DNA from: an uncultured Planctomycetia bacterium
Lineage (GTDB): Bacteria; Omnitrophota; Gorgyraeia; B26-G9
Length of the DNA: 64,000 bases
Direction of reading: 5' to 3'
Assembly (NCBI GenBank): GCA_964437495.1
Contig: CAYTGV010000005.1
Location: 759 to 64,758 of the forward strand
Shown here: in pieces, positions 31,399 to 42,530 of the stretch
Layout: each line of letters begins with the position of its first letter
How positions within the stretch are numbered: the first letter of the stretch is position 1
Made by a program: the position numbers and the translations under genes
The notes under the pieces: model-generated
The model's database searches: none
Told to the model about the DNA's origin: nothing
What the model saw: the letters and a program-made list of their open reading frames with translations, nothing else

Positions 31399-31623
31399 CT
31401 ATTCTGGGGGATTTTCATTTAAAGTTTTAAGTAATTTTTCAATATTACTGTTTAAAGTAAAAATATTAACATTAAGCGATTTTAACGTTTCTGTTTGCCT
31501 TCTGCTCAACTCTGCCAGCAAGGCCTTCTCAATCGAAGTCTCTACAGTACGTGCAATTGAATCAATAATTTCCCGATCAGAGAGAGAACTTAACTCATTT
31601 AAATTCATAATATTAGGCCTCAT
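31399..31623 (-). CDS. hypothetical small protein (74 aa)
   Basis: Open frame only; predicted helical; no recognisable motif. Confidence 0.35.
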   Translation of the reverse strand: MRPNIMNLNELSSLSDREIIDSIARTVETSIEKALLAELSRRQTETLKSLNVNIFTLNSNIEKLLKTLNENPPE

Positions 31624-31686
31624 ATCTATTAGATTTAGTTAGTCTATATATCCTGCAATCATCTGCTTGAACTCTTAAGAATATAC

Positions 31687-33012
31687 TTATATATCCATTA
31701 AAAGCTGATTCATGGGCGATTTTTCAAAATTCTCGCCAAATTTCTGAATTTTTTCTGAGATCGCCTGGAGTTCTTTACTTTTTGTGATAGGAATATTATC
31801 CACCCCTTTATTTTCTAGGGCATCAATAACATTTTTTATCGTAAGTGAATGAGGATCTCTGGCCGGTTGAAAAGCAATTTCACGGCTATCCAGAACTTTT
31901 ACCTCACTTATCACACCACCTTGCTCAAGCTCATATAAGATATCTCTCAGAAGACGCACAGGTATTTCCAATATATGAGAAATTTCAATAGCTGTTAATG
32001 GGGACATAGCTTGCGAAAAATTTTTAATGATCAGTTGAGCTGTTCTCAAACTCATTAATCTCTTAAAAGAATAACTCGTATTCAAGCAATCATGCTCAAA
32101 TTCATACATCTCAACATTTTGATGCGCAAATGCTATTTCTGAGCCGAAAAGCATAACCAGCCAGCTGATCTGCATCCAAATCAGGAATAAAGGCAAAGCT
32201 GCAAAACTACCGTAAATCGCATTATACTTTGCCGCTCCAACCTGAAATGCAATATACGCCCATTGAACAACTTGATAGATTGAACCAGCCACAACCCCGG
32301 CCAAAACACCGGATTTAAGATTAACCTTAGTATTAGGCATAAAAACATATATAAAGGTAAACAGCACCCAGATTATGGAATAAGGCAAAAACTTAAGCAG
32401 GAAAAATATCAGAGGGCTCACATATCCTAAAAGAGATATTTTCTCTGTTATAAACGTTATTTGTGTTGTAATAAAAACCGTAAGGCCGCTGGATACGATT
32501 ATAAGCACCGGACAAATCAGTAATACTGACAAATAGTCAGTTAATTTTCTTGATATCTTGCGAGTTTCTTTTATGCCCCAAATATCATTGAAAGATTTTT
32601 CAATATTTCCCAAGACCTTTATTACTGTCCAGAATAAAACCGCGATACCAACTCCGGCCACTACCCCGCCTTTTGTATTCTCAAGCAGGGTATAGGCAAA
32701 GTCAATCACCTGCTTAAGCACTGCCTCTTGTCCGGGTAATTTTTCCATTATCTGGGTCTGTAAAAGCTTTTCAAAACCAAAACCCTTTGCTATCCCAAAT
32801 GCCATTGCAAAAACAGGCACTATAGACAATAAGGAATAGTATGTCAAAGCAGATGCCCTAAGCTGGCATTTATCTTCATTAAACCCACGAAATGAAAGCA
32901 GAAATACTCTCAAGGGCTTGATAATTAAATACTTTTTCTTGGGGATATCCTTAAGACGGATTCGCCAAATATCGGTTTTTATAAAATTGATCAATTTATG
33001 TAGCATGGTCAC
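31687..33012 (-). CDS. YihY/BrkB family membrane protein with C-terminal winged-helix-like extension
   Basis: LTYYSLLSIVPVFAMAFGIA and a six-TM YihY core, then a ~130 aa soluble tail (MSPLTAIEISHILEIPVRLLRDILYELEQGGVISEV) that looks HTH-like. Confidence 0.8.
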   Translation of the reverse strand: MTMLHKLINFIKTDIWRIRLKDIPKKKYLIIKPLRVFLLSFRGFNEDKCQLRASALTYYSLLSIVPVFAMAFGIAKGFGFEKLLQTQIMEKLPGQEAVLKQVIDFAYTLLENTKGGVVAGVGIAVLFWTVIKVLGNIEKSFNDIWGIKETRKISRKLTDYLSVLLICPVLIIVSSGLTVFITTQITFITEKISLLGYVSPLIFFLLKFLPYSIIWVLFTFIYVFMPNTKVNLKSGVLAGVVAGSIYQVVQWAYIAFQVGAAKYNAIYGSFAALPLFLIWMQISWLVMLFGSEIAFAHQNVEMYEFEHDCLNTSYSFKRLMSLRTAQLIIKNFSQAMSPLTAIEISHILEIPVRLLRDILYELEQGGVISEVKVLDSREIAFQPARDPHSLTIKNVIDALENKGVDNIPITKSKELQAISEKIQKFGENFEKSPMNQLLMDI

Positions 33013-33224
33013 CTCACTCTGATTAAGTTACTATTTATTAAAATAAGTCTAAAGCTTACTGTTTATAATACATTCACCAAAGGGTTAGGTCAATCAAAAA
33101 AGGGATAGCTTGAAAACTACCCCTTTTTTGATATCATAAATACTTTAAACTAACAGGCAAATAGCCGTTTAGCTTATCGCTACAGAAAAAAGCTTTAGAA
33201 CTACTCGTTCTCCGCTCCTAACCA

Positions 33225-33362
33225 TCATATTTTTAAAGGATGTCTATCAACAGCCTTCTTCAACTGCTTATCATCGTACCCCAGATAAAACCTGGCAGTA
33301 GTAGAAATATCAGCATGCCCAGCCAATAGCTGGATATCTCTGAGATTAACCCCACCACGGCA
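33225..33362 (-). pseudogene. tyrosine recombinase (integrase) C-terminal fragment, ~46 codons, truncated
   Basis: Minus-strand translation RGGVNLRDIQLLAGHADISTTARFYLGYDDKQLKKAVDRHPLKI-stop matches the integrase C-terminal catalytic-Tyr box (LLGHxxIxTTxxY). There is an in-frame TAA two codons upstream and no upstream integrase sequence in any frame. Confidence 0.6.
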
Positions 33363-33718
33363 TTAACGTACAAAATGTATACTTAAGCATCTGTGGGGTC
33401 TCACACACCGTATATCTTTAAATAAACCATATAAGCCTTGCTCTGTCAATGCTGAAGTTTTCGGTTACAAGAAAAGGTGGTTGATGAATTTTCAAGCGAA
33501 TTTACACTATTTTAGTTAAGGATGCTATTATTTTGAGGGAACCCACAGGGCGCGAGGACTGTCTGATCCCGCTGCATTTAGGCGGGAGAGTTCCGCAGCG
33601 CCAAAAATCATAGCATAGTTAACGGCCCTGCAAGGGAAAATAGTGTTGAGCGTAAAATTTAGCAAGCACCTTACAACAAGCCGCTAAACATGCTATAAGC
33701 TACTTAGTAGATATGAAT

Positions 33719-33756
33719 CCTCCTTCGCCAAAGGCTTCGGAGGACAGGTCCTCCGT
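33719..33756. repeat. short copy of a palindromic repeat family (one arm plus the stub of the second arm)
   Basis: cctccttcgccaaaggcttcggaggacag gtcctccgta; ~27/30 identical to the arm of the 59476-59578 element. Confidence 0.45.
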
Positions 33757-33933
33757 ATTTTTTACCTAAAGCCGACCAATATATTATAATATCTCAGGTC
33801 ACGAAGTGACACCTTTTTAGGGGGTACAGATTTTTAAAGAAGAGGGGGATATAACTCCCCTTCTTCTTTGACTAAGAATTCTTCCCTTTGGAAGGGGGTG
33901 AACCCAATAGGGGGAAACCTCGTTTCCCCTAAT

Positions 33934-33970
33934 GGAAAAAGGCTCTCAGAAAACTGAGAGCCTTTTATTT
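33934..33970. terminator. bidirectional intrinsic terminator abutting the tRNA-Met 3' end
   Basis: aaaaa GGCTCTCAG aaaa CTGAGAGCC ttttatttt; a 9-bp stem flanked by A and T runs. Confidence 0.55.
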
Positions 33971-33971
33971 T

Positions 33972-34050
33972 TGGTGACGGCGGTTGGAGTTGAACCAACG
34001 ACATAACGGGTATGAGCCGTCCTCTCTACCAGACTGAGATACGCCGTCAC
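33972..34050 (-). tRNA. tRNA-Met (anticodon CAT; elongator Met, or Ile2 if lysidinylated)
   Basis: Cloverleaf read by hand: acceptor GTGACGG/CCGTCAC, D-loop AGTCTGGTAGAG, anticodon loop CTCATAC, T-loop GGTTCAACTCC, encoded CCA. Confidence 0.85.
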
Positions 34051-34189
34051 TTTAGAAGTTAAAAGTAAAAAGGTAAAAGTAAAAAGTCAAAAGCATTAAA
34101 ACTATTTTTAAAAACTCTCTGTCTCAACCACTTCTGGCTAATAGAAGTTTATCCTATACCGAGCAAATTTCGTGAGCTCTGGTACGGGA

Positions 34190-34218
34190 CCGTCACTTTA
34201 GAAGTTAAAAGTAAAAAG
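34190..34218. repeat. direct duplicate of the tRNA-Met 5' end plus 22 nt of upstream flank
   Basis: ccgtcactttagaagttaaaagtaaaaag occurs at 34044-34072 and again at 34190-34218; the second copy is preceded by a degenerate D-arm-like stretch (ctctggtacggga). Confidence 0.5.
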
Positions 34219-34340
34219 TCAAAAGTAAAAAGTTGTAAGCTAAAAACCAATATTTTTAACTAACACTACAAGAGATGTGAAAATTATTTTAACGGATTTT
34301 ATTTACTGATTTTTCAAGGATATTAAAAAATAAGTAAATA

Positions 34341-34400
34341 CCTCACAGATAGACATGAATGTCTATCGAGAATGAGTTGAAATAGTTTTTACAGATCTTG
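34341..34400. promoter_or_regulatory. copy 2 of the conserved intergenic element
   Basis: cctcacag ATAGACAT gaa TGTCTAT cgagaatgagttgaaatagtttttacagatcttg. Confidence 0.4.
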
Positions 34401-34531
34401 TCAAAGAACATCATCTATAATATCCGCCTAAAACATACATGTCCTATGTATAACAGCGAGATTATTTAATCCTAAAATAAAAAATCTGTCCATTTATTCT
34501 AAGACAGTTTATTAGAAAAATCAAGCAGGTT

Positions 34532-35509
34532 TTAGGCTAAATCTACTTTTTCCAAAGCCATACCTACTAGTTCATTAAGTAGCTCCATAAGCTTTTCAGA
34601 GAATCTATTCGGCTGCTTTGCCGTTCCCACACTGATAACGCCGAGTATTTCATGATGATGAAAAACCGGGATAACAAACGCAGATTTAATTTTCGGTTTA
34701 TGCATCCGCAGGCGAAGTTCACGATCTGATAACTCTTCGTTAATAAAAAGTCCCTTTTTCTTCTGTATGGCTGAGCCGGCAAGACCTTCTCCGGGTTTTA
34801 TCTTGGTATTATTGATAATATCCTCACTTAGGCCTGTTGCGTCTTTAATAGAAAGTTCCTGAGTGCTTTTCTCAAATAACATCATTGAGCCGCGCTCTGC
34901 ATCGCAAAGCTTCATCGCCAGCTCAAGAAATGTCTTCAGCAACATACCAACCTGCTCTTTGCTAAATAATACCTTTTCCTTTTCACCAGAAGTTGTCAGA
35001 GCGCCCAGAGTCTTCATGAATTTAGTTATACCTGTAGAGAAATCAACTACGCTCTCAAGCTTTGCAGCACTCACTGCCGGCAGCTCATTAAAACAGTTGA
35101 AAAACTTCTCCTCATCAACTCCTGAATCCTGTATACGCTGTGTAAATTTAATATCCTTTTTCCCGTCTTTAAAAACAACCGGTCCCAAAATCAGGAAAAC
35201 AGGCTCAGCATTATCAAGAATTATCGGCACAGAAAAGTTCGCAAGCCCCAAAGGACATATATTTTCATAATATTTTTTAGGCTCTTGTTTTTTAAGAAAT
35301 GCGGCAAGCTTTGGATACCACTGAATGCATTTTTCACTTGCGGTATCCGAGGAAGCAACAGCCTCACTGCAGACTGATGGCATATTTGAGGGGCGTACAA
35401 CTTTCTCTCCTTGAACATCAATTGTGCGGATACCCATCCCCACGATTGAAGATAAAGTATCTTGTACATTCTGCCAGTGATTGTCGCCAATTATTTCGCT
35501 GAATTTCAT
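34532..35509 (-). CDS. GAF domain sensor protein with N-terminal ligand-binding-type domain (no output domain)
   Basis: C-terminal GAF fold (DAERGSMMLF...PGEGLAGSAI...SAFVIPVFHHHEILGVISVG); an N-terminal ~170 aa Cys-containing sensory domain of the PocR type is my tentative call. Confidence 0.65.
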   Translation of the reverse strand: MKFSEIIGDNHWQNVQDTLSSIVGMGIRTIDVQGEKVVRPSNMPSVCSEAVASSDTASEKCIQWYPKLAAFLKKQEPKKYYENICPLGLANFSVPIILDNAEPVFLILGPVVFKDGKKDIKFTQRIQDSGVDEEKFFNCFNELPAVSAAKLESVVDFSTGITKFMKTLGALTTSGEKEKVLFSKEQVGMLLKTFLELAMKLCDAERGSMMLFEKSTQELSIKDATGLSEDIINNTKIKPGEGLAGSAIQKKKGLFINEELSDRELRLRMHKPKIKSAFVIPVFHHHEILGVISVGTAKQPNRFSEKLMELLNELVGMALEKVDLA

Positions 35510-35522
35510 GAGATTAAAAGAT

Positions 35523-35599
<77 letters not shown>

Positions 35600-35623
35600 A
35601 TATATCATTAAGTTTCCGAATTA

Positions 35624-35977
35624 TTAAACTGTCTTTTCTTCTGTTTTATCTTCTGAGCGGCTCAAGAATTCATTCATCTTTTCTTCAAGATGAGAAAATT
35701 TAAACTCTTTTACCCGTGGCTCAGGTGCTACAATCTTTTTCTTATTTCTTAACGTGAGATCTATCTTACCATCATTTGCGATCTTCTTCACGCGAGCTTT
35801 CAGCTTATCTCCAGCTTTCAAATAGCTATTGATGTCCTTAACAAAATCATCAGAAACCTGCGATATATGAATCAATCCGCGCTTTCCATCAGGTAAAGTA
35901 ACAATAGCCCCAAAACTATGTATTTTAACTACCTGGACATCTACTAAATCGTTTATTTTTAATCCGCTTTCTTGCAT
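35624..35977 (-). CDS. S1 RNA-binding domain protein (YugI/general stress protein 13-like)
   Basis: S1 OB-fold (DVQVVKIHSFGAIVTLPDGKRGLIHISQVSDDFVKDINSYLKAGDKLKARV) plus a charged C-terminal tail. Confidence 0.75.
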   Translation of the reverse strand: MQESGLKINDLVDVQVVKIHSFGAIVTLPDGKRGLIHISQVSDDFVKDINSYLKAGDKLKARVKKIANDGKIDLTLRNKKKIVAPEPRVKEFKFSHLEEKMNEFLSRSEDKTEEKTV

Positions 35978-35983
35978 AAAATC

Positions 35984-36253
35984 TCATTCATTCTCATTTA
36001 CAACTCTAAACACTATTTCATTCTCCCGAGCCACTTTAAGTTTTTCTCGGGCAACCTCTTCAATATAAACAGGGTCATCTTTAAGCATTCGATTTTCCTG
36101 TGACAATCTTTCGTTCTCTATATTCAGTCGTTCGACTTTTTCTAAAAGAGCCTTATCCTTAGCTTTAAGTTTCTGTACTTTTGAATAAGTAGGGAAAAAC
36201 ACTATTGCCATTAAGACCAGCCAAGCCAGGGTTTTTCCAATCGAAAATTTCAT
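35984..36253 (-). CDS. ftsB: septum formation initiator (FtsB/DivIC family)
   Basis: An N-terminal TM helix then a coiled coil (LEKVERLNIENERLSQENRMLKDDPVYIEEVAREKL); directly downstream of eno, its usual neighbour. Confidence 0.65.
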   Translation of the reverse strand: MKFSIGKTLAWLVLMAIVFFPTYSKVQKLKAKDKALLEKVERLNIENERLSQENRMLKDDPVYIEEVAREKLKVARENEIVFRVVNENE

Positions 36254-36263
36254 AATTAATATC

Positions 36264-38503
<2,240 letters not shown>

Positions 38504-38535
38504 CTAAACTTTTAAAAAGTCAACTACTAAATTGG

Positions 38536-39957
38536 CTAACAGGTAGTAAATTTATTTATAAGCTCTTTCAAATAAAGAATATTCTTTTTAGAAGTTGCTT
38601 CAAAATAACATCTTATCACCGGTTCAGTACCTGAAGGACGAAACATAACCCAACAATCATCATTGAGCATAAACTTGTATCCATCCCTAAGATTTTTACT
38701 AATAATCTTGAAAGCACCAAACTTATTTTTTTTCAAAAGAGCTTCTATACGTGACATCAATATATCTTTTTGGCTTTGGCTAAGATGTAAATTTAATCTA
38801 TCAGAAACAAAGTAGCCGTACTTTTTATGCAAAGATGATAAAATCTCACGCAATGACTTTTTTTCCCTGGCAACCATTTCAACCGCAAGCAAACAGGCAA
38901 GGATCCCGTCTTTTTCAGGTATATGCCCCTGTATAGACAATCCGCCTGATTCTTCGCCTCCGATCATACAATCCCCCATATTTAAAGCCTCGCCAATATA
39001 TTTAAAACCTATGGGGGTTTCAATAACTTCTATGCCTTCTTTAACAGCAATGGCATCAATCATATGTGTTGTAGAAAGAGTCCTGGCAACTTTTTTGGCC
39101 TTAGGTCTTGTTTTAAGCAGATAATAAAACAATAGTGTAATCACTTCATTAGGAGAAAGGAAAACACCGCCCTTATCAACAATACCAAACCTATCCGCAT
39201 CTCCATCACAGCCAACGCCTAAATGAAATTTATTGTCTTTTACATGCGCGATCAATTCTTTAATATAAGGCTTGTCCGGCTCAGGAGGCAATCCGCCAAA
39301 AAGAGGGTTTAAATAATCTTTAAAGACTTTGATCTCTTTACAAATATCTTTTAAAATAAAATCAATATAGTCTCTGCTAGTACCGAACATGCAATCGATA
39401 CCTACTTTTAGATCTGCTTTCTTAATACATTCTATATCAATTATTTTCTTTAATCTCTTAATATATCCATTTCTGGGGTCAAACAGCTCAATAAATCCCT
39501 CATCCATTATACCTTTTTTGATTAAATTAGGATTTTTCTGCAGAAAAGAGATCCTCTTTTCAATTGATGCAGTTACATTTTTTGGCGCAGGCCCTCCATA
39601 GCTGGGAGAGAATTTAATCCCATTATATTCCGGAGGATTATGGCTTGCCGTAAAATTTATCCCACCATCAAGACCTTTATCAATAATATGAAACGCGATA
39701 GCCGGAGTAGGAGTATCTCTATCAGCTAAAAATACTTTTATCTTATTTGCCGCTAACACTTCAGCGCAAAGTTTCGCGAAATTCCCAGACAAAAATCGAG
39801 TATCATAGGCAACAACAACCTTTGGAACTTTGCTTGCGCCTTTGAGATGATCCGCGATTGCCTGAGACACCAAACACACGTTTTCAAAAGTAAATGCATC
39901 CGCAATAATAGCCCGCCAACCAGAAGTGCCAAAACGAATTTTTACCGATTTACTCAT
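38536..39957 (-). CDS. phosphoglucomutase/phosphomannomutase family protein
   Basis: Active-site phosphoserine motif TASHNPPEYNGIK, metal-binding DGDADR and a four-domain architecture. Confidence 0.85.
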   Translation of the reverse strand: MSKSVKIRFGTSGWRAIIADAFTFENVCLVSQAIADHLKGASKVPKVVVAYDTRFLSGNFAKLCAEVLAANKIKVFLADRDTPTPAIAFHIIDKGLDGGINFTASHNPPEYNGIKFSPSYGGPAPKNVTASIEKRISFLQKNPNLIKKGIMDEGFIELFDPRNGYIKRLKKIIDIECIKKADLKVGIDCMFGTSRDYIDFILKDICKEIKVFKDYLNPLFGGLPPEPDKPYIKELIAHVKDNKFHLGVGCDGDADRFGIVDKGGVFLSPNEVITLLFYYLLKTRPKAKKVARTLSTTHMIDAIAVKEGIEVIETPIGFKYIGEALNMGDCMIGGEESGGLSIQGHIPEKDGILACLLAVEMVAREKKSLREILSSLHKKYGYFVSDRLNLHLSQSQKDILMSRIEALLKKNKFGAFKIISKNLRDGYKFMLNDDCWVMFRPSGTEPVIRCYFEATSKKNILYLKELINKFTTC

Positions 39958-39958
39958 T

Positions 39959-40564
39959 TTATTTTTTAATAACTACCTTTCTTCCTTTAAGAATCAATTT
40001 TCCCTTTACCAATTGATCTATTGCCTTAGGATATAATTTATGCTCAAGAACATGTATCCTTTTTGAAAGCGATTTAAGGCTTTCATTTTCTTTAATATTC
40101 AGAGCAGCTTGAGATATTACCGGCCCTCCATCAAGAATACCGGTCACAAAATGAACTGTAACTCCAGTTGATTTTACCCCGTAAGCCATTGCATCTTTTA
40201 TTGCCTGAGTACCTTTAAATGACGGCAGCAATGCCGGATGGATATTGATAATCTTATTTTTATATTGTCTGATAAAGTAATTGCTTATAATGCGCATAAA
40301 ACCGGCAAGCACTACATAATCAATCTTTTCACCCTTTAACCTTCGTACGATAAATCTATCATAGGATGACCTATCCTTAAACCCGGAAGGATCTACATAT
40401 AAAAAATCAATCCCGGCCTTTTTTGCCCGCACCAAAGCATAAGCATCCACTTTATCGCTAAGGACTAAGGCGATATTCGCTTTAACTTTACCTTTTTTAA
40501 CTGCATTGATTATTGCTTGGAGGTTAGAACCGAAGCCTGATGAGAAAACAGCGAGATTTTTCAT
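39959..40564 (-). CDS. purN: phosphoribosylglycinamide formyltransferase
   Basis: AVFSSGFGSNLQAIINA N-terminus and the formyltransferase core with a HPALLPSFKG-type motif. Confidence 0.9.
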   Translation of the reverse strand: MKNLAVFSSGFGSNLQAIINAVKKGKVKANIALVLSDKVDAYALVRAKKAGIDFLYVDPSGFKDRSSYDRFIVRRLKGEKIDYVVLAGFMRIISNYFIRQYKNKIINIHPALLPSFKGTQAIKDAMAYGVKSTGVTVHFVTGILDGGPVISQAALNIKENESLKSLSKRIHVLEHKLYPKAIDQLVKGKLILKGRKVVIKK

Positions 40565-40573
40565 TTAAGGGTT

Positions 40574-40978
40574 TTATTTTGTTCTCTGTCTTTTCTTTTT
40601 TATGTTTTTGGACAAAACGTTACTTATTTTTTCTTTAAATTCCGAATATTCTATAGGTTTATTCAGATAATCGCAAACTCCCAGATCTAAAGCTTCAAGA
40701 TAGGTTTCCCACTCACCATAAGCAGTAATTATAATCACCGGTATATCTATATGCAGCTCCCCTAGTTTCTTCATTAACCCGATCGCAGTATCATCAGGCA
40801 TTTTTAAATCAGCGATAACCAAATTCAACCGCGGCTTTTGCGCGATATCAATCGCTTCACTAACACTCCCCGCCTCATATACTTCAAAATTATCTGCTCG
40901 TAAAAGTTTTGCAAGGTATCTGCGCAAAACCTCATCATCTTCCATTAATAAAATTACATTTTTGCGATTCTCACTCAT
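40574..40978 (-). CDS. stand-alone response regulator receiver domain (CheY-like)
   Basis: Acidic pocket (LLMEDDE), phospho-acceptor Asp in VIADLKMPD, the conserved Thr/Lys; no output domain; 134 aa. Confidence 0.8.
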   Translation of the reverse strand: MSENRKNVILLMEDDEVLRRYLAKLLRADNFEVYEAGSVSEAIDIAQKPRLNLVIADLKMPDDTAIGLMKKLGELHIDIPVIIITAYGEWETYLEALDLGVCDYLNKPIEYSEFKEKISNVLSKNIKKKRQRTK

Positions 40979-40997
40979 GGTATCGCCTCCTTATCAA

Positions 40998-41675
40998 CTA
41001 AATAATTATAACAAATTCACCTTTGGGCTTCTTGTTTTCAAAATGACCTATCGCAGCTTCTACATCCAAACGAAGGATCTCTTCAAACTTTTTAGTCATC
41101 TCACGAGCTATAACAATTTTACAATTCCCAAAAACTTCTTTAATTGCCAAAAGCGTCTTAATTAGCCTATGTGGTGATTCATATATTACCACTGTTTTTG
41201 CTTCAGATTTTAACTGTAACAATGTTTTTTTTCTTGCCCCGGATTTAACAGGTAAAAACCCCACATAAGTAAATTTATAAATTGGCAATCCGGAAACCGT
41301 TAAAGCCGTAAGCATCGCTGATGCCCCTGGGATAGCTTCTACTCTTATCCCTTCATCAATAGCCTTTTTAATTAAGCTTGCCCCAGGATCGGATATGCCG
41401 GGAGTTCCCGCATCAGAAACCAATGCAATACTTTTACCTGCCTTCAAAGAGCGAATTATCAAGTCTATCCGTTTTAATTTATTATATTCAAAATAACTCA
41501 ATAACGGTTTTTTAATTTCATATCTATTAAGTAAAATCTTAGTGTGTCGTGTATCCTCACAAGCAATAATGTCCACAGCCGATAATACATCTATAGCCCT
41601 AAGTGTAATATCCCTCAGATTTCCTATTGGGGTAGAAACTATATATAAAACTCCAGAATTTATATTATATAACAT
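40998..41675 (-). CDS. rsmI: 16S rRNA (cytidine1402-2'-O)-methyltransferase
   Basis: Tetrapyrrole-methylase-fold motifs (LYIVSTPIGNLRDITLRAIDVL, IACEDTRHTK). Confidence 0.85.
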   Translation of the reverse strand: MLYNINSGVLYIVSTPIGNLRDITLRAIDVLSAVDIIACEDTRHTKILLNRYEIKKPLLSYFEYNKLKRIDLIIRSLKAGKSIALVSDAGTPGISDPGASLIKKAIDEGIRVEAIPGASAMLTALTVSGLPIYKFTYVGFLPVKSGARKKTLLQLKSEAKTVVIYESPHRLIKTLLAIKEVFGNCKIVIAREMTKKFEEILRLDVEAAIGHFENKKPKGEFVIII

Positions 41676-41852
41676 TTAATTTATAATTCAATTATAATTT
41701 TCTAATTTTTTAAAAAACCCAAACCCAGCGATCGCTAAGCATATTCACCATTCTTATGAGTTTACCACAATAAATATTTTAAAACCACTATAATTATAAC
41801 TTCCTATTTAGCAGGTGATTGCAGGAATTAATGTGCTAACTACTGGGAAAAC

Positions 41853-42416
41853 TCATCTAGAACTAGAATTGATACGTGCGATATAATTCTGGGTTTCTTT
41901 AAAGGGAGGAACACGAAAGCCATATTTTTTTACTGTACCTGGCCCGGCATTATAACAGGCTAAAATTAAATCTTCCTGGCAGGCATTTAATTCCTCAGTA
42001 TGCTTATTAAGATACTCATTTATCCAGGCTAAAAACCTAGTTCCTACAATAATATTCTTTTCACTATTAAATGAATCCTCTTCAAAAGACCAGGAAACCT
42101 GCAAAAAATCCCGACAGATCCAATCCCATGTAGGCCTTGTTATCTGCATAAGGCCGCATGCACCTGTTTGGGAGACCGCATAAGTATTAAAACTGCTCTC
42201 AGCCTCAATTACCTGATATATAAGTGCTGAAGAAACCTGATAATTTTTAGATGCTCTATCAATAATTTCATTCATGCTATCAGCATAAATTACTGGTGTT
42301 ATTAAAAAACTTAAAATTAAGGCTAAAAAAACGGAAAAAAGTAGCCCTTGATGTTTTATTCTTTGTTTTATAAACAATTTATTAAGTCTGCAAAAAAAAT
42401 CCATTATTTTCACCAT
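41853..42416 (-). CDS. lytic transglycosylase (SLT domain), secreted
   Basis: Catalytic ESSFN and the AVSQTGACGLMQI motif; N-terminal signal/TM segment. The true start is probably internal (MDFFCRLNK...). Confidence 0.75.
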   Translation of the reverse strand: MVKIMDFFCRLNKLFIKQRIKHQGLLFSVFLALILSFLITPVIYADSMNEIIDRASKNYQVSSALIYQVIEAESSFNTYAVSQTGACGLMQITRPTWDWICRDFLQVSWSFEEDSFNSEKNIIVGTRFLAWINEYLNKHTEELNACQEDLILACYNAGPGTVKKYGFRVPPFKETQNYIARINSSSR

Positions 42417-42530
42417 TTATCCTGCATCTTGAGAAGAACCCTCAACTACCCCCAAGATATAGTATAACACATTATAAAAGTTTTTACAAATAGCTTAAAT
42501 AATTATATTGCAAGGTGTTACATTTATGGA

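Noticed and set aside
34052-34100. AAGTTAAAAGTAAAAAG motif next to tRNA-Met and again (inverted) next to tRNA-Lys at 59810-59845 as a specific tRNA-linked signal
   Set aside because: Low-complexity A-rich repeat in opposite orientations relative to the two tRNAs; compatible with chance in AT-rich flanks. Only the 29-nt duplication at 34190 is long enough to be meaningful.
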